From Balanoglossus misakiensis (Eukaryota > Animalia > Hemichordata), in assembly GCA_040954595.2 (NCBI GenBank), contig CM082576.2, positions 18,833,028-18,897,027 on the forward strand: a stretch of DNA of 64,000 nt. The letters are read 5' to 3'. Both the position numbers and the translations under genes were made by a program. This document shows positions 52,501-64,000 of the stretch, one piece after another (position 1 is the first letter of the stretch; each line of letters starts with the position of its first letter). Under the pieces are notes generated by a model. It was not told the origin of the DNA and did not search any database. It saw only the letters and a list, made by a program, of their open reading frames with translations.

Positions 52501-55500
52501 AATGCATACGCATTGATATTTACAGTTGACTCTAAATCCCGAGGTTTATACATGGCTAAAAGCGCTGTAATTTAAAATTACTAATGCAAAGGTTACATTG
52601 AATATGGGTAAATGGTGAAGCAAGCTTGAAGATGCATCAGGGTAGCTGGTGTTTCAAGCCCTTCACATTGACATTGGAATATAATGCATATGGGGATTTA
52701 AAGTTGATTGTAAATCCCTAGGTTAATACATGGCCAAAAGCAATTTTATTTGACATTGCTAATTGAACGATGACATTGAATCCGATTCTTTGCATCAGGG
52801 TAAATGGCGATGCAAGCTTGATGATGCATCACGGTAGATAGTGATGCAAACACTTTACTTTGACATGGGTATTAAATGCATATGGGGATTTCAAGTTGAT
52901 TACAAATCCCTGGGTTAATACGCATCCAAAAGCACTGTAATTTGACATTGCTAATGCGATGTTGACATTGAATGTAATTCTCCGCATTAGGGCAAATGGC
53001 AAAGCAAGCTTAATGATGCAATGGAGTAGACCGTGATGCAAGCTATGCATTTTGACATAGGTATTTAATGCATGTGCATGGGTATTAAATGTTGAATGTA
53101 AATTCTCAGGTTAATACATCTCCAAAAGCACTGTAATTTAAAATTGCTAATGTAAGGGTGACATTGAATCTGATTCTTTGCATTAGGGGAAATGGCGTAG
53201 CAAGCCTAATGATCCATCTGAGTAGATGGTGATGCAAGCAAAGCATTTTGACATAGGTACTAAATGTATATACATGGGTATTTAAAGTTGTCTGTAAATC
53301 CCCAGGTTAATACATGGCCATAAGCATTATAATTTGACATTGCTAATGAAATGGTGACACTGAATCTGATTCTTTGCATCAGGGCATATTGTGAAGCATG
53401 CTTGATGATGTATTAGGGTCAATAGTGATGGAAACACTGCACTATGACATGGGTATTTAATGCATACGCATTGATATTTACAGTTGACTCTAAATCCCGA
53501 GGTTAATACATGGCTAAAAGCGCTGTAATTTAAAATTACTAATGCAAAGGTTACATTGAATATGGGTAAATGGTGAAGCAAGCTTGAAGATGCATCAGGG
53601 TAGCTGGTGTTTCAAGCCCTTCACATTGACATTGGAATATAATGCATATGGGGATTTAAAATTGATTGTAAATCCCTAGGTTAATACATGGCCAAAAGCA
53701 CTGTAATTTAAAATTGCTAGTGCAATGGTGACATTGAATGTGATTCTTTGCATCAGGGCATATTGTGAAGCATGTTTGATGATGCATTAGGGTCAATAGT
53801 GATGGAAACACTGCACTATGACATGGGTATTTAATGCATACGCATTGATATTTACAGTTGACTCTTAATCCCGAGGTTAATACATGGCTAAAAGCACTGT
53901 AATTTAAAATTACTAATGCAAAGGTTACATTGAATATGGGTAAATGGTGAAGCAAGCTTGAAGATGCATCAGGGTAGATGGTGTTTCAAGCCCTTCACAT
54001 TGACATTGGAATATAATGCATATGGGGATTTAAAATTGATTGTAAATCCCTAGGTTAATACGTGGCCAAAAGCAATTTTATTTGACATTGCTAATGCAAC
54101 GATGACATTGAATCCGATTCTTTGTATCAGGGTAAATGGCGATGCAAGCTTGATGATGCATCACGGTAGATAGTGATGCAAACACTTCACTTTGACATGG
54201 GCATTAAATGCATATGGGGATTTCAAGTTGATTACAAATCCCTGGGTTAATACGCGTCCAAAAGCACTGTAATTTGACATTGCTAATGCGATGTTGACAT
54301 TGAATGTAATTCTCCGCATTAGGGCAAATGGCAAAGCAAGCTTAATGATGCAATGGAGTAGACGGTGATGCAAGCTATGCATTTTGACATAGGTATTTAA
54401 TGCATGTGCATGGGTATTTAATGTTGAATGTAAATTCCCAGGTTAATACATCTCCAAAAGCACTGTAATTTAAAATTGCTAATGTTAGGGTGACATTGAA
54501 TCTGATTCTTTGCATTATGGGAAATGGCGTAGCAAGCCTAATGATGCATCTGAGTAGATGGTGATGCAAGCTAAGCATTTTGATATAGGTACTAAATGTA
54601 TATACACGGGTATTTAAAGTTGTCTGTAAATCCCCAGGTTAATACTTGGCAAAAAGCAATTTTATTTGACATTGCTAATGAAATGGTGACACTGAATCTG
54701 ATTCTTTGCATCAGGGTAAATGGCGATGCAAGCTTGATGATGCATCCCGGTAGATAGTGATGCAAACACTTCACTGTGACATGGGTATTAAATGCATATG
54801 GGGATTAAAAGTTGACTGAAAATCCCTGGGTTAATACAAGTCCAAAAGCACTGAAATTTGACATAGCTAATACAATGGTGACATTGAATGTGATTCTTTG
54901 CATTAGGGGAAATGGCGTAGCAAGCCTAATGATGCATCAGTGTAGATGGTGATCCAAGCTATGCTTTTTGACATAAGTATTTAATGCATGTGCATGGGTA
55001 TTTAATGTTGACTGTAAATCCCTGGGTTAATACAAATCCAAAAGCACTGTAATTTGACATTGCTAATACAACGGTGTCATTTAATCTGATTCTTTGCATC
55101 AGGGCAAATTGCGAAGCAAGCTTAATGATGCATCGGAGTATATGGTGATGCAAGCTATGCACTTTGACATACGTATTTAATGCATATGCATTGGTATTTA
55201 ATGTTGACTGTAAATCCCCAGGTTAATACGTGGCCAAAAGCACTGTAATTTGACATTGCTAATGCTACCGTGACACTAAATCTGATTCTTTGCATTAGGG
55301 TAAATTGTGAAGCAAGCTTGATGATGCATCAGGATAGATGGTGTTTTAAGCCCCTCACATTGACATTGGAATATAACGCATATGGGGATTTAAAGTTAAT
55401 TGTAAATACCCAGGTTAATACATGGCCAAAAGCACTGTAATTTAAAATTGCTAATGCAATGGTGACATTGAATGTGATTCTTTGCATTAGGGGAACTGGC

Positions 55501-58500
55501 GTAGCAATCCTAATAGTGCATCAGAGTAGATGGTGATGCAAGCTCTGCACTTTGACATAGGTATTTAATGCATATGCATGTGTATTTAATGTTGACTATA
55601 AATCCTCAGGTGAATACATGGCCATAAACACTATAATTTGACATTGCTAATGAAATGGTGACACTGAATCTGATTCTTTGCATCAGGGCATATTGTGAAG
55701 CATGCTTGATGATGCATTAGGGTCAATAGTGATGGAAACACTGCACTATGACATGGGTATTTAATGCATACGCATTGATATTTACAGTTGACTCTAAATC
55801 CCGAGGTTTATACATGGCTAAAAGCGCTGTAATTTAAAATTACTAATGCAAAGGTTACATTGAATATGGGTAAATGGTGAAGCAAGCTTGAAGATGCATC
55901 AGGGTAGCTGGTGTTTCAAGCCCTTCACATTGACATTGGAATATAATGCATATGGGGATTTAAAGTTGATTGTAAATCCCTAGGTTAATACATGGCCAAA
56001 AGCAATTTTATTTGACATTGCTAATTGAACGATGACATTGAATCCGATTCTTTGCATCAGGGTAAATGGCGATGCAAGCTTGATGATGCATCACGGTAGA
56101 TAGTGATGCAAACACTTTACTTTGACATGGGTATTAAATGCATATGGGGATTTCAAGTTGATTACAAATCCCTGGGTTAATACGCGTCCAAAAGCACTGT
56201 AATTTGACATTGCTAATGCGATGTTGACATTGAATGTAATTCTCCGCATTAGGGCAAATGGCAAAGCAAGCTTAATGATGCAATGGAGTAGACCGTGATG
56301 CAAGCTATGCATTTTGACATAGGTATTTAATGCATGTGCATGGGTATTAAATGTTGAATGTAAATTCTCAGGTTAATACATCTCCAAAAGCACTGTAATT
56401 TAAAATTGCTAATGTAAGGGTGACATTGAATCTGATTCTTTGCATTAGGGGAAATGGCGTAGCAAGCCTAATGATCCATCTGAGTAGATGGTGATGCAAG
56501 CTAAGCATTTTGACATAGGTACTAAATGTATATACATGGGTATTTAAAGTTGTCTGTAAATCCCCAGGTTAATACATGGCCATAAGCATTATAATTTGAC
56601 ATTGCTAATGAAATGGTGACACTGAATCTGATTCTTTGCATCAGGGCATATTGTGAAGCATGCTTGATGATGTATTAGGGTCAATAGTGATGGAAACACT
56701 GCACTATGACATGGGTATTTAATGCATACGCATTGATATTTACAGTTGACTCTAAATCCCGAGGTTAATACATGGCTAAAAGCGCTGTAATTTAAAATTA
56801 CTAATGCAAAGGTTACATTGAATATGGGTAAATGGTGAAGCAAGCTTGAAGATGCATCAGGGTAGCTGGTGTTTCAAGCCCTTCACATTGACATTGGAAT
56901 ATAATGCATATGGGGATTTAAAATTGATTGTAAATCCCTAGGTTAATGCATGGCCAAAAGCACTGTAATTTAAAATTGCTAGTGCAATGGTGACATTGAA
57001 TGTGATTCTTTGCATCAGGGCATATTGTGAAGCATGCTTGATGATGCATTAGGGTCAATAGTGATGGAAACACTGCACTATGACATGGGTATTTAATGCA
57101 TACGCATTGATATTTACAGTTGACTCTTAATCCCGAGGTTAATACATGGCTAAAAGCACTGTAATTTAAAATTACTAATGCAAAGGTTACATTGAATATG
57201 GGTAAATGGTGAAGCAAGCTTGAAGATGCATCAGGGTAGATGGTGTTTCAAGCCCTTCACATTGACATTGGAATATAATGCATATGGGGATTTAAAATTG
57301 ATTGTAAATCCCTAGGTTAATACATGGCCAAAAGCAATTTTATTTGACATTGCTAATGCAACGATGACATTGAATCCGATTCTTTGTATCAGGGTAAATG
57401 GCGATGCAAGCTTGATGATGCATCACGGTAGATAGTGATGCAAACACTTCACTTTGACATGGGCATTAAATGCATATGGGGATTTCAAGTTGATTACAAA
57501 TCCCTGGGTTAATACTCATCCAAAAGCACTGTAATTTGACATTGCTAATGCGATGTTGACATTGAATGTCATTCTCCGCATTAGGGCAAATGGCAAAGCA
57601 AGCTTAATGATGCAATGGAGTAGACGGTGATGCAAGCTATGTATTTTGACATAGGTATTTAATGCATGTGCATGGGTATTAAATGTTGAATGTAAATTTC
57701 TCAGGTTAATACATCTCCAAAAGCACTGTAATTTAAAATTGCTAATGTAAGGGTGACATTGAATCTGATTCTTTGCATTATGGGAAATGGCGTAGCAAGC
57801 CTAATGATCCATCTGAGTAGATGGTGATGCAAGCTAAGCATTTTGATATAGGTACTAAATGTATATACATGGGTATTTAAAGTTGTCTGTAAATCCCCAG
57901 GTTAATACATGGCCATAAGCATTATAATTTGACATTGCTAATGAAATGGTGACACTGAATCTGATTCTTTGCATCAGGGCATATTGTGAAGCATGCTTGA
58001 TGATGTATTAGGGTCAATAGTGATGGAAACACTGCACTATGACATGGGTATTTAATGCATACGCATTGATATTTACAGTTGACTCTAAATCCCGAGGTTA
58101 ATACATGGCTAAAAGCGCTGTAATTTAAAATTACTAATGCAAAGGTTACATTGAATATGGGTAAATGGTGAAGCAAGCTTGAAGATGCATCAGGGTAGCT
58201 GGTGTTTCAAGCCCTTCACATTGACATTGGAATATAATGCATATGGGGATTTAAAATTGATTGTAAATCCCTAGGTTAATACATGGCCAAAAGCACTGTA
58301 ATTTAAAATTGCTAGTGCAATGGTGACATTGAATGTGATTCTTTGCATAAGGGCATATTGTGAAGCATGTTTGATGATGCATTAGCGTCAATAGTGATGG
58401 AAACACTGCACTATGACATGGGTATTTAATGCATACGCATTGATATTTACAGTTGACTCTTAATCCCGAGGTTAATACATGGCTAAAAGCACTGTAATTT

Positions 58501-61500
58501 AAAATTACTAATGCAAAGGTTACATTGAATATGGGTAAATGGTGAAGCAAGCTTGAAGATGCATCAGGGTAGATGGTGTTTCAAGCCCTTCACATTGACA
58601 TTGGAATATAATGCATATGGGGATTTAAAATTGATTGTAAATCCCTAGGTTAATACGTGGCCAAAAGCAATTTTATTTGACATTGCTAATGCAACGATGA
58701 CATTGAATCCGATTCTTTGTATCAGGGTAAATGGCGATGCAAGCTTGATGATGCATCACGGTAGATAGTGATGCAAACACTTCACTTTGACATGGGCATT
58801 AAATGCATATGGGGATTTCAAGTTGATTACAAATCCCTGGGTTAATACGCGTCCAAAAGCACTGTAATTTGACATTGCTAATGCGATGTTGACATTGAAT
58901 GTAATTCTCCGCATTAGGGCAAATGGCAAAGCAAGCTTAATGATGCAATGGAGTAGACGGTGATGCAAGCTATGCATTTTGACATAGGTATTTAATGCAT
59001 GTGCATGGGTATTTAATGTTGAATGTAAATTCCCAGGTTAATACATCTCCAAAAGCACTGTAATTTAAAATTGCTAATGTAAGGGTGACATTGAATCTGA
59101 TTCTTTGCATTATGGGAAATGGCGTAGCAAGCCTAATGATGCATCTGAGTAGATGGTGATGCAAGCTAAGCATTTTGATATAGGTACTAAATGTATATAC
59201 ATGGGTATTTAAAGTTGTCTGTAAATCCCCAGGTTAATACTTGGCAAAAAGCAATTTTATTTGACATTGCTAATGAAATGGTGACACTGAATCTGATTCT
59301 TTGCATCAGGGTAAATGGCGATGCAAGCTTGATGATGCATCCCGGTAGATAGTGATGCAACCACTTCACTGTGACATGGGTATTAAATGCATATGGGGAT
59401 TAAAAGTTGACTGAAAATCCCTGGGTTAATACAAGTCCAAAAGCACTGAAATTTGACATAGCTAATACAATGGTGACATTGAATGTGATTCTTTGCATTA
59501 GGGGAAATGGCGTAGCAAGCCTAATGATGCATCAGTGTAGATGGTGATCCAAGCTATGCTTTTTGACATAGGTATTTAATGCATGTGCATGGGTATTTAA
59601 TGTTGACTGTAAATCCCTGGGTTAATACAAATCCAAAAGCACTGTAATTTGACATTGCTAATACAACGGTGTCATTTAATCTGATTCTTTGCATCAGGGC
59701 AAATTGCGAAGCAAGCTTAATGATGCATCGGAGTATATGGTGATGCAAGCTATGCACTTTGACATACGTATTTAATGCATATGCATTGGTATTTAATGTT
59801 GACTGTAAATCCCCAGGTTAATACGTGGCCAAAAGCACTGTAATTTGACATTGCTAATGCTACCGTGACACTAAATCTGATTCTTTGCATTAGGGTAAAT
59901 TGTGAAGCAAGCTTGATGATGCATCAGGATAGATGGTGTTTTAAGCCCCTCACATTGACATTGGAATATAACGTATATGGGGATTTAAAGTTAATTGTAA
60001 ATACCCAGGTTAATACATGGCCAAAAGCACTGTAATTTAAAATTGCTAATGCAATGGTGACATTGAATGTGATTCTTTGCATTAGGGGAACTGGCGTAGC
60101 AATCCTAATAGTGCATCAGAGTAGATGGTGATGCAAGCTCTGCACTTTGACATAGGTATTTAATGCATATGCATGTGTATTTAATGTTGACTATAAATCC
60201 TCAGGTGAATACATGGCCATAAACACTATAATTTGACATTGCTAATGAAATGGTGACACTGAATCTGATTCTTTGCATCAGGGCATATTGTGAAGCATGC
60301 TTGATGATGCATTAGGGTCAATAGTGATGGAAACACTGCACTATGACATGGGTATTTAATGCATACGCATTGATATTTACAGTTGACTCTAAATCCCGAG
60401 GTTTATACATGGCTAAAAGCGCTGTAATTTAAAATTACTAATGCAAAGGTTACATTGAATATGGGTAAATGGTGAAGCAAGCTTGAAGATGCATCAGGGT
60501 AGCTGGTGTTTCAAGCCCTTCACATTGACATTGGAATATAATGCATATGGGGATTTAAAGTTGATTGTAAATCCCTAGGTTAATACATGGCCAAAAGCAA
60601 TTTTATTTGACATTGCTAATTGAACGATGACATTGAATCCGATTCTTTGCATCAGGGTAAATGGCGATGCAAGCTTGATGATGCATCACGGTAGATAGTG
60701 ATGCAAACACTTTACTTTGACATGGGTATTAAATGCATATGGGGATTTCAAGTTGATTACAAATCCCTGGGTTAATACGCGTCCAAAAGCACTGTAATTT
60801 GACATTGCTAATGCGATGTTGACATTGAATGTAATTCTCCGCATTAGGGCAAATGGCAAAGCAAGCTTAATGATGCAATGGAGTAGACCGTGATGCAAGC
60901 TATGCATTTTGACATAGGTATTTAATGCATGTGCATGGGTATTAAATGTTGAATGTAAATTCTCAGGTTAATACATCTCCAAAAGCACTGTAATTTAAAA
61001 TTGCTAATGTAAGGGTGACATTGAATCTGATTCTTTGCATTAGGGGAAATGGCGTAGCAAGCCTAATGATCCATCTGAGTAGATGGTGATGCAAGCTAAG
61101 CATTTTGACATAGGTACTAAATGTATATACATGGGTATTTAAAGTTGTCTGTAAATCCCCAGGTTAATACATGGCCATAAGCATTATAATTTGACATTGC
61201 TAATGAAATGGTGACACTGAATCTGATTCTTTGCATCAGGGCATATTGTGAAGCATGCTTGATGATGTATTAGGGTCAATAGTGATGGAAACACTGCACT
61301 ATGACATGGGTATTTAATGCATACGCATTGATATTTACAGTTGACTCTAAATCCCGAGGTTAATACATGGCTAAAAGCGCTGTAATTTAAAATTACTAAT
61401 GCAAAGGTTACATTGAATATGGGTAAATGGTGAAGCAAGCTTGAAGATGCATCAGGGTAGCTGGTGTTTCAAGCCCTTCACATTGACATTGGAATATAAT

Positions 61501-64000
61501 GCATATGGGGATTTAAAATTGATTGTAAATCCCTAGGTTAATACATGGCCAAAAGCACTGTAATTTAAAATTGCTAGTGCAATGGTGACATTGAATGTGA
61601 TTCTTTGCATCAGGGCATATTGTGAAGCATGCTTGATGATGCATTAGGGTCAATAGTGATGGAAACACTGCACTATGACATGGGTATTTAATGCATACGC
61701 ATTGATATTTACAGTTGACTCTTAATCCCGAGGTTAATACATGGCTAAAAGCACTGTAATTTAAAATTACTAATGCAAAGGTTACATTGAATATGGGTAA
61801 ATGGTGAAGCAAGCTTGAAGATGCATCAGGGTAGATGGTGTTTCAAGCCCTTCACATTGACATTGGAATATAATGCATACGGGGATTTAAAATTGATTGT
61901 AAATCCCTAGGTTAATACGTGGCCAAAAGCAATTTTATTTGACATTGCTAATGCAACGATGACATTGAATCCGATTCTTTGTATCAGGGTAAATGGCGAT
62001 GCAAGCTTGATGATGCATCACGGTAGATAGTGATGCAAACACTTCACTTTGACATGGGCATTAAATGCATATGGGGATTTCAAGTTGATTACAAATCCCT
62101 GGGTTAATACGCGTCCAAAAGCACTGTAATTTGACATTGCTAATGCGATGTTGACATTGAATGTAATTCTCCGCATTAGGGCAAATGGAAAAGCAAGCTT
62201 AATGATGCAATGGAGTAGACGGTGATGCAAGCTATGCATTTTGACATAGGTATTTAATGCATGTGCATGGGTATTTAATGTTGAATGTAAATTCCCAGGT
62301 TAATACATCTCCAAAAGCACTGTAATTTAAAATTGCTAATGTAAGGGTGACATTGAATCTGATTCTTTGCATTATGGGAAATGGCCTAACAAGCCTAATG
62401 ATCTATCTGAGTAGATGGTGATGCAAGCTAAGCATTTTGACATAGGTACTAAATGTATATACATGGGTATTTAAAGTTGTCTGTAAATCCCCAGGTTAAT
62501 ACATGGCCATAAGCTCTATAATTTGACATTGCTAATGAAATGGTGACACTGAATCTGATTCTTTGCATCAGGGTAAATGGCGATGCAAGCTTGATGATGC
62601 ATCCCGGTAGATAGTGATGCAAACACTTCACTGTGACATGGGTATTAAATGCATATGGGGATTAAAAGTTGACTGAAAATCCCTGGGTTAATACAAGTCC
62701 AAAAGCACTGAAATTTGACATAGCTAATACAATGGTGACATTGAATGTGATTCTTTGCATTAGGGGAAATGGCGTAGCAAGCCTAATGATGCATCAGTGT
62801 AGATGGTGATCCAAGCTATGCTTTTTGACATAGGTATTTAATGCATGTGCATGGGTATTTAATGTTGACTGTAAATCCCTGGGTTAATACAAATCCAAAA
62901 GCACTGTAATTTGACATTGCTAATACAACGGTGTCATTTAATCTGATTCTTTGCATCAGGGCAAATTGCGAAGCAAGCTTAATGATGCATCGGAGTATAT
63001 GGTGATGCAAGCTATGCACTTTGACATACGTATTTAATGCATATGCATTGGTATTTAATGTTGACTGTAAATCCCCAGGTTAATACGTGGCCAAAAGCAC
63101 TGTAATTTGACATTGCTAATGCTACCGTGACACTAAATCTGATTCTTTGCATTAGGGTAAATTGTGAAGCAAGCTTGATGATGCATCAGGATAGATGGTG
63201 TTTTAAGCCCCTCACATTGACATTGGAATATAACGCATATGGGGATTTAAAGTTAATTGTAAATACCCAGGTTAATACATGGCCAAAAGCACTGTAATTT
63301 AAAATTGCTAATGCAATGGTGACATTGAATGTGATTCTTTGCATTAGGGGAACTGGCGTAGCAATCCTAATAGTGCATCAGAGTAGATGGTGATGCAAGC
63401 TCTGCACTTTGACATAGGTATTTAATGCATATGCATGTGTATTTAATGTTGACTGTAAATCCTCAGGTGAATACATGGCCATAAACACTATAATTTGACA
63501 TTGCTAATGAAATGGTGACACTGAATCTGATTCTTTGCATCAGGGCATATTGTGAAGCATGCTTGATGATGCATTAGGGTCAATAGTGATGGAAACACTG
63601 CACTATGACATGGGTATTTAATGCATACGCATTGATATTTACAGTTGACTCTAAATCCCGAGGTTTATACATGGCTAAAAGCGCTGTAATTTAAAATTAC
63701 TAATGCAAAGGTTACATTGAATATGGGTAAATGGTGAAGCAAGCTTGAAGATGCATCAGGGTAGCTGGTGTTTCAAGCCCTTCACATTGACATTGGAATA
63801 TAATGCATATGGGGATTTAAAATTGATTGTAAATCCCTAGGTTAATACATGGCCAAAAGCACTGTAATTTAAAATTGCTAATGCAATGGTGACATTGAAT
63901 GTGATTCTTTGCATCAGGGCATATTGTGAAGCATGCTTGATGATGCATTAGGGTCAATAGTGATGGAAACACTGCACTATGACATGGGTATTTAATGCAT
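46530..64000. repeat. Satellite 2: 178/192/196-bp monomers in a 3262-bp 17-mer higher-order repeat; runs off the window end
   Basis: Spacing of the ggttaata anchor gives 10x196+4x192+3x178=3262 between 51763 and 55025. Identical spurious ORFs recur at +3262 (51697/54959, 52829/56091, 59554/62816). Confidence 0.97.

Noticed and set aside
46603-63019. Many recurring His/Cys-rich minus-strand ORFs
   Set aside because: They are translations of satellite 2 recurring at HOR periods, with no consistent frame or domain.

Overview
AT-rich eukaryotic (animal, probably marine invertebrate) DNA with GT-AG exons and no prokaryotic gene organisation. The short ORFs in the track are almost all spurious. 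1-18 kb is a patchwork of decayed gene pieces and transposons: calcium-binding EGF exons (one intact, one split), two Q-rich exons resembling the MED25 C-terminus with a frameshift and nonsense codons, an internally deleted piggyBac, an L2/CR1 LINE fragment and several MITEs. 18.3-44.2 kb is a cluster of Helentron-like non-autonomous element (HINE/DINE-1-type) sequence: an apparently intact 1.27-kb copy (42553-43825) plus head-to-tail 0.9-1.35-kb units of its 3' part. In one unit a 116-bp internal segment has expanded into a ~20-kb satellite with local 8- and 10-mer higher-order repeats (HORs). From 46.5 kb to the end is a second, apparently unrelated satellite of 178/192/196-bp monomers in a 3262-bp 17-mer HOR, suggesting a pericentromeric or heterochromatin boundary. 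The most notable signal is a single-locus snapshot of transposon -> tandem concatemer -> satellite -> HOR. No CRISPR array, rRNA or tRNA was seen.
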